Part shown: positions 40,642 through 46,974 of the stretch, one piece after another
Layout of the letters: every line of letters starts with the position of its first letter
Position numbering within the stretch: position 1 is the stretch's first letter
DNA from: Bacteroidota bacterium
GTDB lineage: Bacteria > Bacteroidota > Ignavibacteria > UBA10030
Length of the DNA: 46,974 nucleotides
Reading direction: 5' to 3'
Assembly: GCA_016928255.1 (NCBI GenBank)
Contig: JAFGLB010000037.1
Coordinates: 1 to 46,974, forward strand
Position numbers and translations under genes: made by a program
The notes under the pieces: generated by a model
The model's input: the letters and a program-made list of their open reading frames with translations, nothing else
Told to the model about the DNA's origin: nothing
Databases searched by the model: none

Positions 40642-40670
40642 TTAGACGGGGAACAGGCGGATTATGTTCC
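40642..40670 (-). promoter_or_regulatory. SigmaE-type autoregulatory promoter
   Basis: GGAACAT-16 nt-GTCTAA, 63 nt upstream of the ECF gene. Confidence 0.7.
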
Positions 40671-40723
40671 TTTAATAAGCAGGATTGCCTTAGATATGCC
40701 GTACCAGGAAGGATAGAAATAAA

Positions 40724-42025
40724 TCAGTTGCCGGCTTCTTTTAATTCTGAAGCCTTTGTGCGTTTTTCAAATTCATCCCTGAAATTGCGGATTATTGATT
40801 GAACCGGCCAGGCAGCTGCATCGCCCAGCGCACATACAGTATTGCCTTCGATATTATTTGCAATATCCAGCAATAAGTCGATATCTTCACTGCATGCTTC
40901 ATAATTCTGAAAGCGCTTTAAAATTCTGAACATCCAGTTGGTGCCTTCGCGGCATGGCGTGCACTGGCCGCAAGATTCATGATAATAAAATTTTGTAATC
41001 CTTGTGATAACGTCGATCAGATCCGTATCCTCGTCCATAACAATGATGCCTGCTGTTCCGACAGAAGAACCTGCCGACTTCAGGGATTCGGAATCCATAC
41101 AGACGCCTTCAAGCTGATCGCCGCGTAATATCATAGTTGACGAGCCGCCGGGAATGACCGCTTTTATTTTCTTATTTGCAGTCGCGCCTCCTGCCCATTC
41201 GTTAATAATTTCGAGAAGCGGCCTGCCCGTTGGCATTTCAAACACACCGGGATTATTTATATTCCCGCTTACACCGATTAAAATCGGACCCGGATGCCTG
41301 GATGCGCCGATCTTCGAATACCATTCCCATCCATTGTTTATTATCAGCGGGACATTTGAAATTGTTTCTGCGTTGTTTATTGTCGTCGGGCATCCCCACA
41401 GGCCTGATTGCGCCGGAAACGGCGGCTTAACTCTTGGGTACCCGCGTTTTCCTTCGATTGAATTCATCAAAGACGATTCTTCACCGCATATGTAAGCACC
41501 TGCTCCGCGGTGAATTGTTATCTGAGTGGAAAAATCCTTGCCGAGTATATTTTCACCGATAAATCCCTTGGTATATGCATCATCAATTGCTTTCTGCAGC
41601 ATCATAATCCATTTGTTATATTCTCCACGGATATATATATATGCCGATGTTACACCCATCGCGTAGCATGCTATTATTGTTCCTTCTATAAGCAAGTGCG
41701 GATTGTGTTCAAAAATCTGGCGGTCTTTAAACGTTCCCGGTTCAGATTCATCCCCGTTGACGCACAGATATTTCGGCTTATCGGAATTCTTCGGCATAAA
41801 CGACCATTTGAGTCCTGTCGGAAAACATGCACCGCCCCTGCCCCGAAGATTTGATTTCTTCACTTCTTCTATTATCTCTTCCGGCTTCATCTCCAGTGCT
41901 TTTTCCAATGCCCTGTAGCCTCCGCACGAGATGTAATGATCTATCTTATGGAGCTCATTATCGTCCGGAATAATGATCCGTTTCCAGTCATTCAGATGCT
42001 TTTTGTCGGATGGAATAAAATTCAT
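40724..42025 (-). CDS. nuoF: NADH-quinone oxidoreductase subunit F
   Basis: LRGRGGA.FPTG.KW, DESEPGTFKDR, GAGAYICGEES, ESCGQCTPCREG, CALGD. Confidence 0.96.
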   Translation of the reverse strand: MNFIPSDKKHLNDWKRIIIPDDNELHKIDHYISCGGYRALEKALEMKPEEIIEEVKKSNLRGRGGACFPTGLKWSFMPKNSDKPKYLCVNGDESEPGTFKDRQIFEHNPHLLIEGTIIACYAMGVTSAYIYIRGEYNKWIMMLQKAIDDAYTKGFIGENILGKDFSTQITIHRGAGAYICGEESSLMNSIEGKRGYPRVKPPFPAQSGLWGCPTTINNAETISNVPLIINNGWEWYSKIGASRHPGPILIGVSGNINNPGVFEMPTGRPLLEIINEWAGGATANKKIKAVIPGGSSTMILRGDQLEGVCMDSESLKSAGSSVGTAGIIVMDEDTDLIDVITRITKFYYHESCGQCTPCREGTNWMFRILKRFQNYEACSEDIDLLLDIANNIEGNTVCALGDAAAWPVQSIIRNFRDEFEKRTKASELKEAGN

Positions 42026-42486
42026 TTTAATTTTTCAATAAGTTGGTCAACTTTTTCAATAGTAAGGTTTTCATAATACTCATCGCCGACGGCCAGCATC
42101 GGTGCAGTCCCGCAGGAGCCCATGCATTCAGCTTCCGAAAGAGTCCATTTCTGATCCGGTGACGTTTCGCCTGCTTTAATACCGAGGCGCTTTTCTAGGT
42201 GTTCCATAATTTTTGCGGAACCGCGCAGCATACAGGAGACATTCGTGCAAACCTCAATATGATTTTTTCCGGTCTTTTTCCTTTTCAGCATTGTATAGAA
42301 CGTAACAACGCCGAGAATCTGACCAACAGGAATATTCAGCAAAGAAGCCACATACTTCATTGATTCTTCTGAGATATATCCCTCCTGCTTTTGTATCATC
42401 CAGAGTACCGGCAGTATCAAAGCTTCCTTTGTGGGATAGCGCTTCTTTAATTCCTCGACTTTTTTTATGTTTTCTTCTGTCAGCAT
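42022..42486 (-). CDS. nuoE: NADH-quinone oxidoreductase subunit E
   Basis: VTFY, CTNVSC, ECMGSCGTAP 2Fe-2S motif. Confidence 0.95.
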   Translation of the reverse strand: MLTEENIKKVEELKKRYPTKEALILPVLWMIQKQEGYISEESMKYVASLLNIPVGQILGVVTFYTMLKRKKTGKNHIEVCTNVSCMLRGSAKIMEHLEKRLGIKAGETSPDQKWTLSEAECMGSCGTAPMLAVGDEYYENLTIEKVDQLIEKLK

Positions 42487-42545
42487 ATCGAATTATTCCA
42501 AATTCTCCAGCATCAACTTATCAGCCATATAGTGAAAATCTTATT

Positions 42546-43802
42546 CTATTTATCTGCTTCTCCCATCACCGGATCAATACTGCCGATTATGACAACAACA
42601 TCAGAAATCATTGAACCTTTCATTAATAAAGGAAGAGACTGCAGATTAACAAATGACGGCGAGCGAATTTTCATACGCCATGGCTGGCCGTCGCCTTTAC
42701 TGTAAATATAGAACCCTAATTCCCCTTTTGACGACTCTACCGCTTGATAAATTTCGCCGGCTGGAGGATTAATTCCAAAGTTCACAAGCATAAAATCATG
42801 GATTAATTCCTCCATTTTTGTATATATACGCTGTTTCTGCGGCAGGACTTTCTTCGGACTTGGCGAATGTACTTCCCCTGCAGGCATTTTGTCCAGCACT
42901 TGGAGGACGATCTTTCTGCTTTCGCGCATCTCATTCATTCTCACATAATATCGAGCCAGAGCGTCCCCGTCGTTATAAACCGGTATATTAAAATCCAATT
43001 CATTATAAACAAGATATGGATTGTCCCTGCGCAAATCATGCTCGACACCGCAAGCCCGGAGTGAAGGGCCTGTCAGGCCGAGGTCAATTGCCTGCTCGCG
43101 CTTAATATAACCGACACCGTCGAGACGGCCGATAAAAATCGGATTTGTATTGAATAATTTTTCACACTCGTGCAGTTTTTCCGGAAACTCATTAATAAAA
43201 GTCTTGATCAATGCGATCGTTTTGCCGGTGATATCCTGAGCTACTCCGCCTACGCGTGTATAGCTGGTGGTAAAACGTGCGCCCGCTATACGTTCGAAGA
43301 TATCATATAATTTTTCACGCTCCCTGAATGACCACATCCACACTGTCAATGCACCGATTTCGATAGCAACCGAACCAAGAAACACAAGATGCGACGATAT
43401 GCGTGCCAGTTCAGATATCAAAACACGGATATACTGGGCACGGGGTGGACATTCAATGCCTGCAAGCTTCTCAACCGCCAGAACATACGCAGTATTATTC
43501 GATAACGGGCAAAGATAATCCAGCCTGTCCGTATGAGGTATGAATTCATGATATGTGCAATTTTCAGCCAGCTTTTCGTAACCGCGATGCAGATAACCAA
43601 GCTCCGGAACGGTGGCAAGCACAGTTTCACCATCCAGCTTTATGAGCAATCTCAGCACACCATGTGTGGCAGGATGCTGAGGACCCATATTCAGGACCAT
43701 TTCACTCTCGAGCGGATCATTAAATGAAACACTTGTATGTATGTTTTCCAGCGCTTCGAGAATCTTAGTTTTTCGTACAGCGGTTTCTGTTTTCTGATCC
43801 AT
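42546..43802 (-). CDS. nuoD: NADH-quinone oxidoreductase subunit D
   Basis: NMGPQHPATHGVLR, GYLHRG.EK, DRLDY, GELG, D.VMGE.DK. Confidence 0.96.
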   Translation of the reverse strand: MDQKTETAVRKTKILEALENIHTSVSFNDPLESEMVLNMGPQHPATHGVLRLLIKLDGETVLATVPELGYLHRGYEKLAENCTYHEFIPHTDRLDYLCPLSNNTAYVLAVEKLAGIECPPRAQYIRVLISELARISSHLVFLGSVAIEIGALTVWMWSFREREKLYDIFERIAGARFTTSYTRVGGVAQDITGKTIALIKTFINEFPEKLHECEKLFNTNPIFIGRLDGVGYIKREQAIDLGLTGPSLRACGVEHDLRRDNPYLVYNELDFNIPVYNDGDALARYYVRMNEMRESRKIVLQVLDKMPAGEVHSPSPKKVLPQKQRIYTKMEELIHDFMLVNFGINPPAGEIYQAVESSKGELGFYIYSKGDGQPWRMKIRSPSFVNLQSLPLLMKGSMISDVVVIIGSIDPVMGEADK

Positions 43803-43803
43803 T

Positions 43804-44295
43804 TTATTTTTTCGGTAAATTTAATGATCCCGGAATTCCCATCAGCGGGAATTCTTTTCGCAGCGGATGATACTCAAACTCCTCCGGCATATACATTCTG
43901 CGGAGATCAGGGTGCCCCTCAAAAATTATTCCAAACATATCATAAGTCTCGCGCTCGTGCCAGTTGGCGGTTGACCAGACACCTGTAACTGTAGGAACTT
44001 TCGGCTGTTCTTCCTGCGTATATGTCTTCAACCGAATTCTATGCTTATTCTTTAAAGAGTAAAGATTATAAATAACTCCAAATCTGTTTTCCGATGTATT
44101 CATATCAATACCGCAAAGATCGGCAAGAAGATCGAACGCCAGTTCGCCGTCCTCTTTTACAAATCGGCACACTTCGACTATCCGCTCTTTCGGGACTGTA
44201 ACAGTCAACTCTCCCCTGAACTCATTAGCATCTAAAATTACATCAGGGTGACTCGCTTTAAGCTTATTAATAACTTTTTCGTTTTTTTCTTCCAT
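43804..44295 (-). CDS. nuoC: NADH-quinone oxidoreductase subunit C
   Basis: ANWHERETYDMFGI.F.GHPDLRR, HPLRKEFP. Confidence 0.95.
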   Translation of the reverse strand: MEEKNEKVINKLKASHPDVILDANEFRGELTVTVPKERIVEVCRFVKEDGELAFDLLADLCGIDMNTSENRFGVIYNLYSLKNKHRIRLKTYTQEEQPKVPTVTGVWSTANWHERETYDMFGIIFEGHPDLRRMYMPEEFEYHPLRKEFPLMGIPGSLNLPKK

Positions 44296-44333
44296 TGTAA
44301 TACTATGATTTTACTTTGTCTAAAGATCTGTCA

Positions 44334-44864
44334 TCAATCTGCGGTTTTCGGCTGGACATTTCTTTTAAAATCACCGACAAATGCAGGGGCCATTCCTTTG
44401 CTTTCACCTCGCTGCACTTTTTTCTGAAGCAGCATAAGTCCATTTAACAAATTATCCGGCCTTGGAGGGCAGCCGGCCACGTACACATCCACAGGAAGAA
44501 ACAGGTCAATTCCCTGAACTACCGAGTAAGTTCTGTACATACCGCCCGAAGACGTGCAAGCGCCCATCGCGATCACCCATTTGGGTTCAGGCATCTGGTC
44601 ATAAATTCTGCGCACTACTTTAGCCATTTTAAATGTTGTTGTCCCTGCAACAATCATTACATCGCACTGGCGGGGAGTGAACCGCATTACTTCAGATCCG
44701 AATCGTGCAATATCAAACCTCGGCCCTGCGGCGGCCATCATTTCAATCGCACAGCAAGAAATTCCCATAGGCATGGGATAAAGAGAATTCTTTCTAAACC
44801 AGTTTAAAGCATCTTCAATTTTTGTAGCGATATATCCGCCGCCCATACTGCTCTCTAATCCCAT
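44334..44864 (-). CDS. nuoB: NADH-quinone oxidoreductase subunit B
   Basis: [29 protein letters not shown]; start set at MGLES (44864), overlapping the nuoA stop. Confidence 0.95.
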   Translation of the reverse strand: MGLESSMGGGYIATKIEDALNWFRKNSLYPMPMGISCCAIEMMAAAGPRFDIARFGSEVMRFTPRQCDVMIVAGTTTFKMAKVVRRIYDQMPEPKWVIAMGACTSSGGMYRTYSVVQGIDLFLPVDVYVAGCPPRPDNLLNGLMLLQKKVQRGESKGMAPAFVGDFKRNVQPKTAD

Positions 44865-45211
44865 TCCAGAGCTCCTTTTCTCCAAACGTAGTAAAAACCC
44901 ACAAGGAGTATAAACACAAAAACAAACATCACGATGAATCCCTGCAGTCCGAGTTCCCTGAACGTAACCGCCCATGGATACATAAAAACGATTTCTATGT
45001 CGAAAATAATGAAGAGGACTGCGACCAAATAATATTTAACAGAAAACCGTTCACGCGCTGTTCTAATAGGATCCATCCCGCTTTCATATGTAGTAAACTT
45101 GTCATCAACATGCCTCTTTGGACCTAATAATTCATTCACTTTTCCCATAAAAAGTCCGAATGCGGCGGCACAGGCAGCCATTAGAAAAATAGGTATATAG
45201 TTTTCTATCAT
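44855..45211 (-). CDS. nuoA: NADH-quinone oxidoreductase subunit A
   Basis: [29 protein letters not shown]. Confidence 0.95.
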   Translation of the reverse strand: MIENYIPIFLMAACAAAFGLFMGKVNELLGPKRHVDDKFTTYESGMDPIRTARERFSVKYYLVAVLFIIFDIEIVFMYPWAVTFRELGLQGFIVMFVFVFILLVGFYYVWRKGALEWD

Positions 45212-45305
45212 TTTGAATTTTCTAATTGTTTTAAAATTCTATATATAAATTGCCTAAAAAACAAATAAATCTGCAACAGAACCGGCAAAACAGAATCGGT
45301 ATAAA

Positions 45306-46973
45306 TCATTTTAGTTGAATAATGACTCCTTCCAGAGGCCAGCGAGCGCGTACTTTCAGTGTATCGGATAAATTGCTCATTCTTTCAGAATACTTGAAAG
45401 GGAAAGGATTACCGGGATCGAATACATTGTTTTTATTCCGGTCTTTGAATGCCTGAAGTACATACTGCCCTTCCTTAATAAGGGGAAGAATGAATTGCCC
45501 GGTGGATTTATCTGCTTTAGTGGAATAGCGTAAATCCTGTTTGCCAATCTGCCAGGCAACAACATATAAATCGCCTTCGATGTCCGCGGTATTCAAATCT
45601 GTAACTGTTCCTTCCACACTGCTCATATCTTCTAAGTCAATCGTTTCAAATCTCCATACTTTCGTAGAATCCCTGCCCGTGCTGTCCCTCCAATCCCTGA
45701 TTTGCTGCAATTCAGCACGCAGTGTGTACCATGTTTTGCCGGCAAGTTCTTTCTCAGGCATTATCGAAACAACAGCATCGCTTATTCTCTTTTTTATTGC
45801 CGGAATCGCCTGATTCTTTCCATCCAGAATTGAAATAAAATCAAGTGGAAGGTTTTTTGCTGCGGCGTCAGAGAATGTAAGCGTGAGAACAGGCATTATA
45901 TCAATATTCCTAATGCTGTCTTTTATTGATACAACAGCCATTCTTATCTTTGTATTCACTGCTCTGGATGAACCCTGGAATACCAGTGAATTCGCAAGCG
46001 GATTTATCATGTTTCCCGTTGAATCTGTAACATCTTTGATAAATAACGAATATGCTTTGGCAGAGTCCTGTTTTTCTGTTACTGCAATCATTGATTTCGG
46101 CAGTACAGGATTCTGATAAACAGTTATTAAACCAAGCGATTTCTGGTCGATTGTATCCATAACGACAAATGATTCAGGTTTGACAGATGAAGCAAGAATT
46201 GCCTCGGAAAATTCCGCTATTATATGATTCCTGTCCTGCGCAAATGCTTTAATAAGTCTCGGCCCTGATGTGTCTTCTTTTGCCAGCTGCATAAAAATGC
46301 CTTTTGCCAGAGTATCATCCTGCGTAACCGAAACGGGACCGGATTGCACGCCGTATTCATCGGTTTCTCGATCGTATACTAAATTCCTGTATTCATCACG
46401 CACGGCAAATATTCTGTAGTCAGAAAAAGGAATATAGCGGAGGAAAAAATCCCCGCTTTTCCCTGCCTGTGTAATAAAATCCGGTTTTGCCGACATTGGA
46501 TTCAGCGTGTCCGGATTAATTCCTTCATCCATCTTGTAGGCAAAAATCATCACGCCGGACACATCTTTGCCTTTCATGCTTGGATAGACTATACCCTCGA
46601 TGTTCCCTCGGTCAATATCAGGCCCCGTCGAAAAAGCCATTGTATAAGCTTTTGCCATTTTCGTTAAACCCCTGAACCGGTCTTTAACGTCCGTCCCAAT
46701 ATTTACGACATAAGTTGTGTTTTGCCTGAGCTTTTCCGAAAAAGTAATCTCAACTTCTTTGCCGCTCCAGTCAAATTCCAAATCTCCTACATACGGAGAA
46801 ATAAAGATGGATTCTTCAAGCGTTCGTTCTTCGATATAACGATCGAATTCAATAATTATCCTATCGCCTTTAAAATTCAATGTATTATTGCCGGGATATA
46901 CTGCAATGATTTCCGGGGTGGTCAAGTCCACCGGTCCGCCCTGAGGCGGCTGTTGATTTGCACATCCTGAAAA
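45306..46973 (-). CDS. Ig-like (Big_5-type) domain lipoprotein; 5' end outside the window
   Basis: Frame stays open to the window edge: FSG-CANQQPPQGGPVDLTTP (lipobox plus the CA....P.GGP.D motif of FCB-group Ig-like lipoproteins); D.N.N...D motif near the C-terminus. Confidence 0.8.
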   Translation of the reverse strand, partial: FSGCANQQPPQGGPVDLTTPEIIAVYPGNNTLNFKGDRIIIEFDRYIEERTLEESIFISPYVGDLEFDWSGKEVEITFSEKLRQNTTYVVNIGTDVKDRFRGLTKMAKAYTMAFSTGPDIDRGNIEGIVYPSMKGKDVSGVMIFAYKMDEGINPDTLNPMSAKPDFITQAGKSGDFFLRYIPFSDYRIFAVRDEYRNLVYDRETDEYGVQSGPVSVTQDDTLAKGIFMQLAKEDTSGPRLIKAFAQDRNHIIAEFSEAILASSVKPESFVVMDTIDQKSLGLITVYQNPVLPKSMIAVTEKQDSAKAYSLFIKDVTDSTGNMINPLANSLVFQGSSRAVNTKIRMAVVSIKDSIRNIDIMPVLTLTFSDAAAKNLPLDFISILDGKNQAIPAIKKRISDAVVSIMPEKELAGKTWYTLRAELQQIRDWRDSTGRDSTKVWRFETIDLEDMSSVEGTVTDLNTADIEGDLYVVAWQIGKQDLRYSTKADKSTGQFILPLIKEGQYVLQAFKDRNKNNVFDPGNPFPFKYSERMSNLSDTLKVRARWPLEGVIIQLK

Positions 46974-46974
46974 A

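Noticed and set aside
241-46970. Numerous 60-150 aa antisense or nested ORFs in the track
   Set aside because: They overlap well-supported genes and show no recognisable motifs
1-46974. Sigma54 (-24/-12) promoters, tRNAs, integrases, defence systems
   Set aside because: None recognised by eye in intergenic regions or ORFs; a formal scan could still find weak sites

Overview
Chromosomal, mostly housekeeping window with no prophage, CRISPR array, tRNA/rRNA or transposase. It most likely comes from an Ignavibacteria-like member of the FCB group. This is inferred from T9SS genes porU/porV and Bacteroidota-type lipoproteins occurring together with canonical TTGACA-17-TAnnnT promoters and GGAGG Shine-Dalgarno sites. 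Block 1 (1-18062, minus strand) is an envelope run: porU, porV, a T9SS-cargo M6-like pseudoprotease, a gluzincin/beta-propeller/Omp85-type barrel protein, a membrane protein, a HIT protein, a multi-SLBB polysaccharide exporter, a four-helix-bundle gene, wzz and a NoeA-like gene (truncated at the window edge). Block 2 (18407-32802, plus strand) holds glgA, a DUF4270-like lipoprotein with a FadL-like barrel, rpiB, glyA, tatC, a polyprenyl synthase, glmM, dprA, DUF3109, rpoN and hslVU. Block 3 (32817-46974, minus strand) holds an Ig-like lipoprotein, nuoA-F, an ECF sigma/anti-sigma pair, a TPR lipoprotein, DUF3467 and a lipoprotein/barrel pair. The most interesting signals are: (i) the four-helix-bundle gene enclosed by inverted 7-nt tandem-repeat arrays; (ii) a promoter, long structured leader and mutually exclusive terminator/antiterminator directly in front of porU; (iii) an M6-type protein whose HExxH is replaced by ASIGS, next to an intact protease-barrel fusion; (iv) a kinase-like domain in the NoeA-like protein; (v) a translationally coupled pair resembling recently described Bacteroidota BAM accessory subunits. 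All family assignments are by eye from motifs; no searches were run.
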